DNA of 64,000 nt from positions 48,102-112,101 of the forward strand of contig DATBWR010000011.1 of assembly GCA_036514715.1 (NCBI GenBank), in the 5' to 3' direction. This DNA is from Candidatus Nanoarchaeia archaeon (GTDB taxonomy: Bacteria; Patescibacteriota; Microgenomatia; Woykebacterales; RBG-16-39-9b). A program made the position numbers and the translations under genes. Under the pieces are notes generated by a model that did not search any database, was not told the DNA's origin, and saw nothing but the letters and a program-made list of their open reading frames with translations. Positions 1 to 10,238 of this stretch are shown piece after piece. Position 1 is the first letter of the stretch. Every line of letters starts with the position of its first letter.

Positions 1-16
1 AAAGGCGGGAGGTACA

Positions 17-424
17 GTGTTAGTAGTTATTTCCAAAGAAACAGCTCCACACGGTATCACCACCGCTACTCTGATGGCTGAGGAGATACTAGAAAAGCGA
101 AAGAGAGAAATCAAGTCAACCGCCAACCCCAACTGGTCACAGATAAGCCGTCTTGACAGACAGGCTCAAGAGCTCCGTTGGGCCTTGGGGCAGTTGGTAC
201 AGGGAATTCTAGAGGTAGCTAGAACCGAACACCCTGACGTAACCATTGAGTTTGACCGCAACGAGTCCGGAGTGTGGGTTCTTTCGGTCAACACTGCCAC
301 CCCTCTCGAAAACCTCTGGGAGGCAATCTGCGCTATTGGTAGTGAGGTACAGGAGAAGTTCAAAACGCTTGATCTTCTACTAGTCCCAAAAACTCCAAAC
401 CAACTAAGCTTTAGTTGGACCTAG
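17..424 (+). CDS. hypothetical protein
   Basis: 135-aa ORF with GGAGG RBS upstream, followed by hairpin AGACGG..CCGTCT plus T-run. Confidence 0.6.
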   Translation: MLVVISKETAPHGITTATLMAEEILEKRKREIKSTANPNWSQISRLDRQAQELRWALGQLVQGILEVARTEHPDVTIEFDRNESGVWVLSVNTATPLENLWEAICAIGSEVQEKFKTLDLLLVPKTPNQLSFSWT

Positions 425-558
425 ACGGCCTGCCTACAGACCGTCTTTCCTTTTCCCAAACTTGTTAACTGTTTTCTAAAATGATACGATGCGCTTCGGT
501 AGCAGACTACCGAGCACCAAACACTGTCTCAAATTAAATAGTAAGGAGGGAGAGACCT

Positions 559-1581
559 GTGGACATAGTCTTCGGTTCAATCAGAATTTTGTTTTCGACG
601 TTAACAGGACCGATCACAAGAAACTTAAGTACAGGCGGTCCGTTGACTGACCACGAACCCAGCGGTTTCTACCTTGGTAACTGGTTCATCCGTCAGACCT
701 TCAAGTACCTTTTCATGTTGATCTACCGACCAAGACATACCAAGTTCCTGCACTTGATCGGTCGAGAAAACGTGGAAGAAGCCCTGAAACTACACCAACA
801 AGGCTACCAAATTGTCTTGGTCGCCAACCACAGAAGTTGTGTTGACGTCTGGATCATCCCGGCAATATTGTGGCTGCACGGTTTTCGCACACTGGCGGAG
901 TTCGGCTTCTTCTCGATAATTGGCTTGAAGTTCTTCCGACACTGGTATTTCAGGTGGCTGATAAAAATCGGTCCCCGAGTTGCCATAGCGCCGGAGAGCT
1001 TACGGCCTAAGTTGGACGGGTTGCCAAGACAAAAACTCCGAGTTCAGGTAGCGAGGTTCCGCAAAATTAACCAAGAAGCTGTCAAGGTTACTCAGGAACA
1101 GTTACGAAACGGAAAGTGGGCGTTTCTTTTTCCGGAAGGAACCAGAAGCCGTTCAGGAATTCTGCAGAAACTCAATAAGAACTTTCTGAAACTTTTTCTG
1201 GATGAACAAGGCAAACTGGATCCTAACACCAGGATAGTTCTTTTACCTGTAGCTCTAACCGGAACTTGGGAAACCTGGCCTCCAGAAAGCTCAGTTTTTC
1301 ACTGGAAACCGCGTCATCCAGTTACAATGGTGGTTGGTAAACCGCTTCTACTCTTGACCCTTAGGGAGCAAGCTGAAGTAATTGCCGGGGTCTATAATAC
1401 TGGGGTAGAAAGCGCAGCCGCTGATCTGATCACATACGAGCTCGCTTCTCTGCTTCAGGACCAGGGGCATGCAGATCTGTGCGGTGAGTTCAACCTACCT
1501 TGGAGCAAGCGTTACGGTTCTAAGGAAGTGAGGGACGGGAGAGAAAACGGGAAAGTTCCTTTCAAACCAACGGCGGTTTAG
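559..1581 (+). CDS. lysophospholipid/1-acyl-glycerol-3-phosphate acyltransferase (PlsC family)
   Basis: NHRSCVD (NHxxxxD) and FPEGTRS motifs; AAGGAGG RBS. Confidence 0.85.
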   Translation: MDIVFGSIRILFSTLTGPITRNLSTGGPLTDHEPSGFYLGNWFIRQTFKYLFMLIYRPRHTKFLHLIGRENVEEALKLHQQGYQIVLVANHRSCVDVWIIPAILWLHGFRTLAEFGFFSIIGLKFFRHWYFRWLIKIGPRVAIAPESLRPKLDGLPRQKLRVQVARFRKINQEAVKVTQEQLRNGKWAFLFPEGTRSRSGILQKLNKNFLKLFLDEQGKLDPNTRIVLLPVALTGTWETWPPESSVFHWKPRHPVTMVVGKPLLLLTLREQAEVIAGVYNTGVESAAADLITYELASLLQDQGHADLCGEFNLPWSKRYGSKEVRDGRENGKVPFKPTAV

Positions 1582-1622
1582 AGACAAAATCCTAAGCCGC
1601 CTTTCTTTTTTTTAAATAAGCC

Positions 1623-1651
1623 TTGACTTGCCCTCTTCCCTAAGGTATAGT
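1623..1651 (+). promoter_or_regulatory. sigma70-type promoter for RRM gene
   Basis: TTGACT-N17-TATAGT. Confidence 0.7.
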
Positions 1652-1835
1652 TAGCTCACAAGTGTAAAGGTAAGCTTGTGTGCTAAGAGTTAGTCGGAAG
1701 CGAAAGTCTCTCCTCTTCTTCTTGCCGAGTTTCCCAAAGTAAACTTGTTAGAAATGAAAGTAAACCTAAATTTTATTAAACTAGAAAAGCGCGTTTTCGC
1801 GTGCTTTTTTCCGTCTAAAGGAGGCGGTAAATTAA

Positions 1836-2114
1836 ATGGCTAAAAAGCTGTTTGTAGGAAATCTTCCCTACACCACCAACGACCAAAGCCTAGGTGATCT
1901 TTTTTCACCATTTGGTCAAGTAAGTTCTGCCACTATTATCACTGATAAGTTTTCTGGTCGCTCCAGAGGCTTTGGCTTCGTTGAAATGGAAAACGATGCT
2001 GATGCTGAAAAAGCGATTGCCGAGATGAACGGTAAAGACATGGAAGGCCGTCAAATCGTCGTGAACGAAGCTCGTCCTCGCGAAGAGCGCTCCGGTGGCG
2101 ATCGAGATCGCTAA
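1836..2114 (+). CDS. RRM/RNP-1 RNA-binding protein
   Basis: KLFVGNL (RNP2) and RGFGFVEM (RNP1). Confidence 0.95.
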   Translation: MAKKLFVGNLPYTTNDQSLGDLFSPFGQVSSATIITDKFSGRSRGFGFVEMENDADAEKAIAEMNGKDMEGRQIVVNEARPREERSGGDRDR

Positions 2115-2258
2115 GCGTACTTACCTGCCCGCTACCTACGTTAGACTTAGGATGTAGGATATAAGTTTAGATTATTTTTGGTCATTCTCTTTGAGTTTAA
2201 CCTCATTTTGTTGTACCATCTTCACAATTCTTAATTCTGCATTCATAATTCTGAATTT

Positions 2259-2783
2259 ATGAAATGGCGTAACATTGTTGTTGCCGGTGATGTAGGGGTG
2301 GGCACCACTACCCTATCCAAAACCCTTGCCAAGAAGCTAGGGTGGAAGTACGTTGCTGCTGGTGATTTTTTCCGGCAATATGCTCTGGACCACAACCTCC
2401 CTTTGTGGAATAAGGCAGCAGTACCTGATGAAGTTGAGCGGCAAGTTGACCTGGGGCTGGTTGAGAAGATCGTTAGCGAAGACGGCTGGGTGGTTGATGG
2501 GCACTATATTGGCTGGTTTACCCGCAACTTGGATAATGTTTTCCGCATCCTCCTTACGTGTGATCGAAAAGAAGCTGCTAAGAGAATTCTTGAGCGTCAA
2601 CACACTCATAAAGAAACTCCTGAGGAAATCGAAAAAAGAAGTAAACAAATTCACACCAAATTCAAAAAACTCTATAGTAGCGAAAATTACGAAAACCCGG
2701 ACCTTTTTCACCTAGTTTTAGATACGACTAGCGCCACCCCCCAAGATACCCTCAAACAAGTTCTAAGACACCTAAAAGAATAG
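2259..2783 (+). CDS. cytidylate kinase-like P-loop kinase (archaeal-type)
   Basis: N-terminal GDVGVGTTT P-loop, AGDFFRQ, and C-terminal LVLDT. Confidence 0.8.
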   Translation: MKWRNIVVAGDVGVGTTTLSKTLAKKLGWKYVAAGDFFRQYALDHNLPLWNKAAVPDEVERQVDLGLVEKIVSEDGWVVDGHYIGWFTRNLDNVFRILLTCDRKEAAKRILERQHTHKETPEEIEKRSKQIHTKFKKLYSSENYENPDLFHLVLDTTSATPQDTLKQVLRHLKE

Positions 2784-2822
2784 CTTTAACCTAAGTTACC
2801 ACACCCGATGTGATAACTTCTC

Positions 2823-3101
2823 TTAGTCATTAAAGAGAAAATATACTGCGTAGGGTAAAACTAGAAAAAACCAACTAAAAATTTTAAATGAATAGTGCTC
2901 ATCAACCCACTTACTTCTGAAAAGTATCAAGAAATAAAAAATCACCTGAAGAACAAAAACAGTACCTAAAACAAGATTTATTAAAGCAAATCCCCAACCG
3001 TAATTTGTTGGATTCTTATACGCGGATAACCAAGAACTTACTGTTATGAACAAAAGGAATAAAAAACTCAAAGTGTAGAGGACTTTAAGCAGTTTTTGCA
3101 T
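2823..3101 (-). CDS. small membrane protein
   Basis: 92 aa with three hydrophobic segments, directly downstream of hppA. Confidence 0.6.
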   Translation of the reverse strand: MQKLLKVLYTLSFLFLLFITVSSWLSAYKNPTNYGWGFALINLVLGTVFVLQVIFYFLILFRSKWVDEHYSFKIFSWFFLVLPYAVYFLFND

Positions 3102-3112
3102 CTGCTTTTAGT

Positions 3113-5101
3113 TTACTTCAAAAATGGCACCAACAACAAGGCGACTATATTTATCACCTTAATCATTGGGTTTATTGCCGGACCCGCAGTATCTTTATAC
3201 GGATCTCCTACTGTATCGCCGGTAACTGCAGCCTTGTGAGCTTCGCTACCTTTACCACCAAATTTACCTTCCTCAATATATTTTTTGGCGTTATCCCAAG
3301 CAGCTCCACCAGTTGTCATTGACAAGGCGACAAAAAGGCCGGTGACGATCGTGCCAACCAAAAGCCCCCCCAGAGCTTCTTTTCCGAGAATTAAACCCAC
3401 CGTAACTGGAGCAATTACTGGTATAAGAGCCGGGATAATCATCTCTTTTTGCGCTGCTGCGGTCACAATAGCAACTGCTTTAGCATAGTCCGGCTTGGCG
3501 CGCCCTTCCATAATGCCTTTAATTTCTTTAAATTGGCGACGTACCTCATTGACCACACTTCCTGCTGCTTTACCAACTGCTTCCATCGCCAGTGCCCCAA
3601 AAAAGTAAGGCAGAGCCCCACCAATAAATAAACCAATTAAAACTCTAGGATCGGAGATTAAGAAGGCTACTTCTTTCCCAGCTGCCAGTAACTCTTCCGA
3701 GTAGGCGGCAAAAAGCACTAAGGCGGCCAGGGCCGCCGAAGCAATCGCGTAACCTTTGGTAACTGCTTTGGTAGTGTTACCAACTGCGTCCAGCGGGTCA
3801 GTAACTTGCCGCACATTTTCCGACAAGTGCGCCATTTCGGCAATACCGCCAGCGTTGTCGGTAATTGGCCCAAAGGCATCAATCGCCACGATAATTCCAG
3901 TCATGGAAAGCATGGACATCGCGGCCACCGCCACACCGTAAATTCCTGACAAATCGTAGGCAAACCAAGTTGCGGCGGCAATAAGTAAGATTGGCAGGAA
4001 AGTTGCTTTCATCGAGACTGCTAAACCGGCAATTACGTTGGTACCGTGGCCAGTGGTAGAAGCGAGAGCAATTTGTTTAACTGATCCGAAATTTTTCGAA
4101 GTGTAAAATTCGGTGATTATCACCATACCTAAAGTTACTCCCAAACCAAGTAGCGAGGCGTAAAATAGGTCTCCTCCTTGAGAGGCGGGCCAAAACTCTT
4201 TGGTAACCCACCAAAAACCTAGAGCTGCCAAAACTCCTGAGACGACGAGGCCCTGATACAGAGCTCTCATAATCCCAGTTCCCGAAAGTCGAACAAAGAA
4301 CGTCCCGATAACCGAGGCAATGATCGACACTGCTCCCAGTGCTAGTGGATAAAGGACAGCTTTTTCATCACCAGGGAATACTAAAGACCCCAGTAGCATA
4401 GCGGCAATCGAAGTCACTGCGTAAGTTTCAAAAAGATCAGCCGCCATGCCTGCATCATCACCAACGTTGTCACCAACATTGTCAGCAATAACGGCTGGGT
4501 TCCGAGGATCATCTTCTGGAATACCAGCTTCGACTTTACCCACTAAATCAGCGCCAACATCAGCTCCTTTAGTAAAAATTCCGCCTCCTAACCGAGCAAA
4601 AACACTAATTAAACTCGAACCAAAACCAAGACCAATTAAGGCTTTAATATCGCTTGTGAAGTAGTAAAAACCCGCGACAGAAAGCAGAGACAGACCAACC
4701 ACCACAAGACCCGTCACCGCCCCACCTTTGAAGGCCACGTCAAGTGCGGCCGCTAGCCCATCCTTAGCGGCGTTAGCAGTCCGGACGTTAGCTCTAACGG
4801 CGACGTTCATACCAATGTAACCAGCCGCCGCTGAAGCAACCGCTCCAACGATGAAACCAACTGCGGTAACCAAATTAATCTGCAACAGGCCCAAAAAAAT
4901 AACCGCTCCAACTGCCGCAACAACTGTGTATTGACGCTTAAGGTAAGCGCTAGCACCTTCTTGGATCGCTTGGGCAATCTCCACCATTGTTGAGTCCCCT
5001 TGCGGTTGTCGTAAAATCCAAGCAATAAGAATTGCTCCGTAAACCAGGGCAACTGCGCTAGCGGCCAAAATCCAGTAAAGAGTTTGATTGAGATCGAGCA
5101 T
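3113..5101 (-). CDS. hppA: membrane-bound H+-translocating pyrophosphatase, K+-independent type
   Basis: [20 protein letters not shown] and [10 protein letters not shown] motifs; GNTTKA (Lys) signature; start placed at MLDLNQ. Confidence 0.95.
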   Translation of the reverse strand: MLDLNQTLYWILAASAVALVYGAILIAWILRQPQGDSTMVEIAQAIQEGASAYLKRQYTVVAAVGAVIFLGLLQINLVTAVGFIVGAVASAAAGYIGMNVAVRANVRTANAAKDGLAAALDVAFKGGAVTGLVVVGLSLLSVAGFYYFTSDIKALIGLGFGSSLISVFARLGGGIFTKGADVGADLVGKVEAGIPEDDPRNPAVIADNVGDNVGDDAGMAADLFETYAVTSIAAMLLGSLVFPGDEKAVLYPLALGAVSIIASVIGTFFVRLSGTGIMRALYQGLVVSGVLAALGFWWVTKEFWPASQGGDLFYASLLGLGVTLGMVIITEFYTSKNFGSVKQIALASTTGHGTNVIAGLAVSMKATFLPILLIAAATWFAYDLSGIYGVAVAAMSMLSMTGIIVAIDAFGPITDNAGGIAEMAHLSENVRQVTDPLDAVGNTTKAVTKGYAIASAALAALVLFAAYSEELLAAGKEVAFLISDPRVLIGLFIGGALPYFFGALAMEAVGKAAGSVVNEVRRQFKEIKGIMEGRAKPDYAKAVAIVTAAAQKEMIIPALIPVIAPVTVGLILGKEALGGLLVGTIVTGLFVALSMTTGGAAWDNAKKYIEEGKFGGKGSEAHKAAVTGDTVGDPYKDTAGPAINPMIKVINIVALLLVPFLK

Positions 5102-5206
5102 ATTAGCTTCAAAGTGTACAACAAACCCAAGGTAAGTTGCAAGCTTACTTGAGGGTTGACAGAAAACCAAACAACCGGCAAAATATAGTTAGTAACGAAA
5201 GTTACG

Positions 5207-5322
5207 GTATCAAGAGACCCTGAGAGCAATCGAAGGGCGGCAACCCACAACAGGAAGGGTGCCAATTCGCTAACCGTCAGCTGACGGAGGCGGAAGATAC
5301 GCCTCGCATGAGGAACTGTGGA
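5207..5322 (+). ncRNA. SAM riboswitch, SAM-I/IV-like
   Basis: P1 GTATC/GATAC; core ATCAAGAG...GGCAACC...GGTGCC; P4 CCGTCA/TGACGG; P5 CCTC-GCAT-GAGG; 3' tail TGTGG complementary to CCACA at P3/L3. Confidence 0.8.
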
Positions 5323-5324
5323 CT

Positions 5325-5358
5325 TAAACACTTCTTTTGCGAGAGGTGTTTTTTGTTG
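5325..5358 (+). terminator. intrinsic terminator / riboswitch expression platform
   Basis: AAACACTTCTT-TTGC-GAGAGGTGTTT followed by T-run. Confidence 0.7.
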
Positions 5359-5382
5359 TCAAATAAGAAAGGAGCAGAAAAA

Positions 5383-5646
5383 GTGAAACACTTCTCAATT
5401 AGGGTGCCTGACAGAGAGTTACTGCCGATAGTACAATTCCTAATTAGCCAAACAGGAGGTCGGCATATGAAATTTGTACCACCGTCGCTCTCGACCGACG
5501 GAAGGTACGTTCTATACTTCCAGGTCGAAGATGAAGAGGCCAGCAACACCACTCAACAGATATTACAAGGTCTCAAACCACTGGAAAGAGAGCGCAACGT
5601 AAGTTTCACTCTAATCACCAACGGAGCAGCCCCTAATACTAGTTAG
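5383..5646 (+). CDS. small hypothetical protein downstream of the SAM riboswitch
   Basis: AAGGAG RBS then GTG at 5383; 87 aa; own terminator GGAGCAG..CTGCTCC-T-run. Confidence 0.7.
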   Translation: MKHFSIRVPDRELLPIVQFLISQTGGRHMKFVPPSLSTDGRYVLYFQVEDEEASNTTQQILQGLKPLERERNVSFTLITNGAAPNTS

Positions 5647-5944
5647 GGTCTGCTCCTTTCTTTTTAACAGCCTAAAGAGTTGACAAACCTCTCAATTTCT
5701 TTTAGACTGATAGTATATAAGTTATTGATATCCTAGATACGGATGAATATCCTTATCCTTAGCAAACTATTAAGATTTCTCTACCATTACAGTCTTGATA
5801 AAAAGAAGGATATTTAATGACACTACAGGGCCTATTTTCATCTACTAACCAACTCTCTAGCGTATATCCCGTCCTAAATTCTGAAACTCCATCCTTCATT
5901 CTTAATACTTTGTACTTATTTTTAAGGGAAGGGGGTGAGAACAA

Positions 5945-6622
5945 GTGCAAGAAATAACTGACGCTGTTACTAATGCTGTCTCCGAAGCACTGTCCGCTGC
6001 TGCCGACTTCCTTCCCAATCTGCTTTGGGCAATTGTTATCTTCGTGGTTGGTGTTATTATTGCGGCCATACTAAGAAACCTCTTAGTAAGAGTTCTTGAA
6101 TTGGTCAGCTTTGAGAGAAGTTTGGCCACTACTGGTATACCGGCCGCTTTAAAGAAAGCCGACCCCGCTCTTACGGTTACTAAGTTGCTCGCTGAACTTC
6201 TCCGCTGGTTTGTGATCCTAGTTTTCCTAGGACCCGCAGTCAGCCAACTTGGACTAGAAGAAGTTAATGATGTTATCAGAGACTTGATTAACTACATACC
6301 CAATATCGTTGTTGCGGTCATTATTGTTACCGTAGGGTCAGTATTTGCCAACATTGCCAGGGACTTTGTGACTGCGACCTCAAGTACCTTGGGCACTCAG
6401 ACTGCAAGAGCCGCTGGACAAATCGCCCGCTGGGCAATTACAGTTTTTGCTGTTCTAGCTGCTTTATCTCAGCTGGGTGTGGCGCAAGACCTCATTAACA
6501 TCCTCATCACCGGTTTTGTGGCAATGCTCGCTATTGCCGGAGGTTTAGCCTTTGGTTTAGGTGGTAAGGAAACTGCAGAATCAATGCTTAAGAAGATGCG
6601 TGAGGAAATGGAAGAGCGGTAA
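5945..6622 (+). CDS. TM-helix-repeat membrane protein (CmpX/MscS-associated family)
   Basis: Two LPNL/IPNI-x-A-x-x-I repeats; C-terminal AFGLGG. Confidence 0.8.
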   Translation: MQEITDAVTNAVSEALSAAADFLPNLLWAIVIFVVGVIIAAILRNLLVRVLELVSFERSLATTGIPAALKKADPALTVTKLLAELLRWFVILVFLGPAVSQLGLEEVNDVIRDLINYIPNIVVAVIIVTVGSVFANIARDFVTATSSTLGTQTARAAGQIARWAITVFAVLAALSQLGVAQDLINILITGFVAMLAIAGGLAFGLGGKETAESMLKKMREEMEER

Positions 6623-6740
6623 CTTTCCCTCGAAAGTCTTTTTAGACAAAGAAAGTCCACCTTTTTTTGGGTGGCTTTCTTTGTTGCAACTTAAAGTTGT
6701 TCTGCAAAGGAGTTTTATTGTAGTATCTATTTGAGAACCT

Positions 6741-8855
6741 ATGCCCAAAGTCGTTCTTCCCTTAGATAAAATTAACCCTAGTGATCAAGATGAAGTTGGT
6801 GAAAATTTTGCTTACCTTGGCAATATAAACTCCCTGGGGGAGAGTTTACCACAAGGGTCAATAGTAACTTTCTTGGGTTTTGAAAAAACTCTCGAACCTC
6901 ATTGGAGACAGCTAGCAGAAATACTTAAAGATGTAAAATTTACCGCTGTAACAGGCGCTTTTCTCGAAAACTTAAAAACTCTTACTCACCAGCGCCTCTT
7001 TCTCCCTGAAGAGGTAGCGGCCGGACTGAGATCTCAAGTAGAAGATCTAAAACCCCCTTTTGAAATAAAAAGTTTAGTTAAAATCCCAAGTGGCGAAGAA
7101 TTTGTCGGAGAGCCTCTTTTGGCTGAAAGTAAAAAAGATCTGGAACCGCTCTTAAAATGGGCTTTCTTGAGCTTCCTTGATAAGGAATTTCTCAAAAAAG
7201 TTGCCGATCCCAAAGTCCTAACCAAAACACTAGTTGCAGTAGCGATTATTCAAAAACTTCAGCCAGACAGACAAGGGTCTGCTCTGATTTATCCGCCAAA
7301 AAAGAACAAAATTGAAATCATGGCTTCCCAAACTGACACAAAAGAAGGAAAACAAGACAAAATTATTGTAGAGACAAATACCCTAACCGTTAGAGATCAT
7401 CAGTCCAAGGCTAGCAAGAAAGTATTGACCGGTCAACAAATACTAAGAATTGCTAAAGTCTTAAAGTTTCTTCAGTCGCAGCTTCTTGCCAGCTTACAAG
7501 CTAGCTTTGAAATTGTCGGCGAGAAGCTTTACTTTACCAATCTTACGGCAGCTGAAGAACCCCAAAATTTTTTATCTACTCCGACTCCGATTAACTTACC
7601 CCTCATTGGTACTTTAAAACCTCTTTTCCCCGGCCTCAGTACAGGAGTAGTTAAGCACATTAACAAACTTTCTGACTTTCGCAAAATTAGAGCTGGTGAT
7701 ATTGCCCTTGTTAGTTCTTTTAGTAAGGGAAATTTTCGTTCTCTAAAAAAAGCTTCGGGAATAATCGTGCGCAAAGGGGCCCATTTCCAAAAATCTCACC
7801 GACAACTGATCGACAGTCTGGGCGTTAGTATGGCAATTGGCGATCTTAACACCTACATCGACGGGGTGGTCACTCTCGACGGAAGAACCGGGAGGCTTTA
7901 TAAAGGTTCTTTCTTCCCACTGGTGAGCAAAATCCTACAACCAAAAGCGCCACAAATCAAGCTTCCGGAAAAACCCTCTATTGCCACCAAAATTTTTGTA
8001 ACCTCTGCTGATTCCAACAATCTTTTAAAATCAGGCTTGGAAGACGTTGATGGCATCGGACCAATCCATTTAGAAATAGTTCTTACCAAAGATGGTTACC
8101 ACCCTCAAAAACTACTTGAGAAGGATAAGGAAAAAACTTTTTCTGCTCTTGTCAAACAGATGGAAGAGCTTTGCAAAAAAGCTTTGGGAAAACCGGTTAT
8201 ATACCAACTACTTGATTTCAAAACTAACGCACTTTCTCACCTTAAAGGGGGTGCGGCTCTTGAAAATAAAGAGACTAATCCAACATTGGGCTTAAGAGGA
8301 ACAAGGAGATCGCTGGAAAATCTTGATTTTCTCAAAGGGGAACTAAAAATCATTAAAGACCTACGCAACTCTCATAATTACAAAACCCTTTGGCTATCTC
8401 TCCCGTTTGTCCGTGACGTGAGTGAGGTTTTGGAAATTAAAAAACACCTTTCAACAGCCGGCTTGCACCGTTCGGCAAGTTTTAAAGTTTTAGTGAGCGT
8501 GGCCGTACCTGCCAACGTCTTTGCCTTAAAAGAATTTTTAGAGGCTGGGGTTGATGGCTTTCTGATTGATTATTGGGAACTAGCTAATCTTACTTACGGC
8601 AGTGATTTTACTTACCAAGAACTAATTAAACTCACTGACCCAAGTTTGGAGGACCTTGTCTCCCAAGTAGTGACTTTTGCTTCAAAAAATGGTCTTTTCA
8701 GCGGTATTTACAACCTCCCACCGGAGACTGAAAACAACATTCTCAAAAAAGTAGTCACTTGGGGAATAAAGTCAGTAAGTATTGGTCCTGATTTAGTTGG
8801 ACCTTTAGCTAAAAGTCTCTCCAAGGCGGAACAAGAGTTAGTTGCAGGAGACTAA
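6741..8855 (+). CDS. PEP synthase/pyruvate-water dikinase-like protein, degenerate
   Basis: Full three-domain layout, VTLDGRTGRLY and ETNPTLGLRG retained; several catalytic motifs altered. Confidence 0.75.
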   Translation: MPKVVLPLDKINPSDQDEVGENFAYLGNINSLGESLPQGSIVTFLGFEKTLEPHWRQLAEILKDVKFTAVTGAFLENLKTLTHQRLFLPEEVAAGLRSQVEDLKPPFEIKSLVKIPSGEEFVGEPLLAESKKDLEPLLKWAFLSFLDKEFLKKVADPKVLTKTLVAVAIIQKLQPDRQGSALIYPPKKNKIEIMASQTDTKEGKQDKIIVETNTLTVRDHQSKASKKVLTGQQILRIAKVLKFLQSQLLASLQASFEIVGEKLYFTNLTAAEEPQNFLSTPTPINLPLIGTLKPLFPGLSTGVVKHINKLSDFRKIRAGDIALVSSFSKGNFRSLKKASGIIVRKGAHFQKSHRQLIDSLGVSMAIGDLNTYIDGVVTLDGRTGRLYKGSFFPLVSKILQPKAPQIKLPEKPSIATKIFVTSADSNNLLKSGLEDVDGIGPIHLEIVLTKDGYHPQKLLEKDKEKTFSALVKQMEELCKKALGKPVIYQLLDFKTNALSHLKGGAALENKETNPTLGLRGTRRSLENLDFLKGELKIIKDLRNSHNYKTLWLSLPFVRDVSEVLEIKKHLSTAGLHRSASFKVLVSVAVPANVFALKEFLEAGVDGFLIDYWELANLTYGSDFTYQELIKLTDPSLEDLVSQVVTFASKNGLFSGIYNLPPETENNILKKVVTWGIKSVSIGPDLVGPLAKSLSKAEQELVAGD

Positions 8856-9338
8856 ATGAGTAATGAGGTTGAGCGCCGATTTTTAGTGGATATTAACCGT
8901 CTACCCAAGCTCTCTCAAGGTTCCTTGCAAGTCCAAGGCTATTTTAACAACGCACCAAGCGATCAACCCGAAATCCGCATCCGAGTAGAAGAGTCCAAAG
9001 CAACTCTAACCTTAAAAACCTCCATAACCGCCGTGACTCGTCAGGAATTTGAGTATGAAATCCCCCTGAAAGATGCTCTAGCTTTGCTTTCCCTAACCGA
9101 GAAGAGAATACGCAAAGTTCGCCATCACCTTAAACTTAACTCTAAGACTTGGGTAATTGATTTTTTTCAGGATGAAAATTCTCCTTTAGTTATTGCTGAA
9201 ATTGAACTAAAAAATGAGGATGAAGCTTTCGAAAAACCTCTCTGGACCACCAAAGAAGTAACCGAAGATCTGCGCTTTACAGCCATTTCCCTGGCTTTCG
9301 ATCCTTACAGCCAATGGGTTTCTAAAGAAGGTACTTAA
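8856..9338 (+). CDS. CYTH-domain (triphosphate tunnel metalloenzyme) protein
   Basis: EVERRFLV, RIR, RQEFEYEI and IAEIEL motifs. Confidence 0.9.
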   Translation: MSNEVERRFLVDINRLPKLSQGSLQVQGYFNNAPSDQPEIRIRVEESKATLTLKTSITAVTRQEFEYEIPLKDALALLSLTEKRIRKVRHHLKLNSKTWVIDFFQDENSPLVIAEIELKNEDEAFEKPLWTTKEVTEDLRFTAISLAFDPYSQWVSKEGT

Positions 9339-9401
9339 CGCTGGTAACTGAAAAAAGAAAGACCGTACACTAGGTGTATACGGTCTCGTAGTTTTGCCTC
9401 T

Positions 9402-10217
9402 TTAGTCGAAGTCCAGAGTCCCTGGGTTCTTCCAGTCTTCTTCGGTGATGTAGAGAACAGCCAAAGGCTGCTTCAAACCGGGGCGGGTGAAAACCAGCAG
9501 GAAAGGTCTGTTGATGGTGTAGTCAGGCTTTGGGAACTCGAGGGCAGCTCCAATCAACATGGTCCCTCTGAATTCACTCCTGATGTGAGCCCCAACTTCG
9601 TTCATGCGCAGTTTCGTCTCCTGAGACGCTGCAACGAGACTGGTGGGACCCAGATCCGTGGGAGTCTGCATTCCCACAAGGTAGCTCACGTCGTTGTTAT
9701 GACGGAGATCAACCATTGGGAAACAGACCCCGCCATAATCGTAGATCGCCTCTTTCTGCTCAATTAGCGCAGTCGCCAACGATCTCAGCTGAAGGTGGTC
9801 AGGCGCTTCGGCCAGCATTGTCATATACAGGACGTCTTCTGTCTGGGTAGGAAATTCAACGATTGGCCGATGATGCGCGCCCGACATCCAGAAACGGACG
9901 TGTGCCCCCTTCTGAGTGAGACGAACACCTTCCCATTGCTGGTCCTCACGCTTGATCTTGGTTGTACTTCCTCTCTCGACCCACTTGACCAACAGGTCAA
10001 GAACCCCTTTGACAGACAGTTCGTCACCTTGGAGTGAATAGTCGCTTTCAAGGGACCTAATCCCCTGACCAACTTCCTCCCGAACTTCTTCGAAAACCTC
10101 GCTTAGAAAGGCTTCCTGTTCGGTGTTGCTAGGTGTCCAGCAACGCTTCGGTCCAAGTACTGCCTCAGCCCCCACCAAAGCAGCGACGATTGGGTAGGTA
10201 ACTTGTGAAGTGCTCAA
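9402..10217 (-). CDS. hypothetical protein with serpin-like C-terminal half
   Basis: QETKLRMNEVGA...YTINRPFLLVF resembles serpin HKxxIEVNEEGT...FxADRPFLF. Confidence 0.55.
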   Translation of the reverse strand: MSTSQVTYPIVAALVGAEAVLGPKRCWTPSNTEQEAFLSEVFEEVREEVGQGIRSLESDYSLQGDELSVKGVLDLLVKWVERGSTTKIKREDQQWEGVRLTQKGAHVRFWMSGAHHRPIVEFPTQTEDVLYMTMLAEAPDHLQLRSLATALIEQKEAIYDYGGVCFPMVDLRHNNDVSYLVGMQTPTDLGPTSLVAASQETKLRMNEVGAHIRSEFRGTMLIGAALEFPKPDYTINRPFLLVFTRPGLKQPLAVLYITEEDWKNPGTLDFD

Positions 10218-10238
10218 AGTTCTCTCCTTAGTGGTGGG

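Noticed and set aside
9361-9385. GACCGTACAC..GTATACGGTC resembling the TGTACACC operator
   Set aside because: Lies between convergent genes; better explained as a bidirectional terminator.
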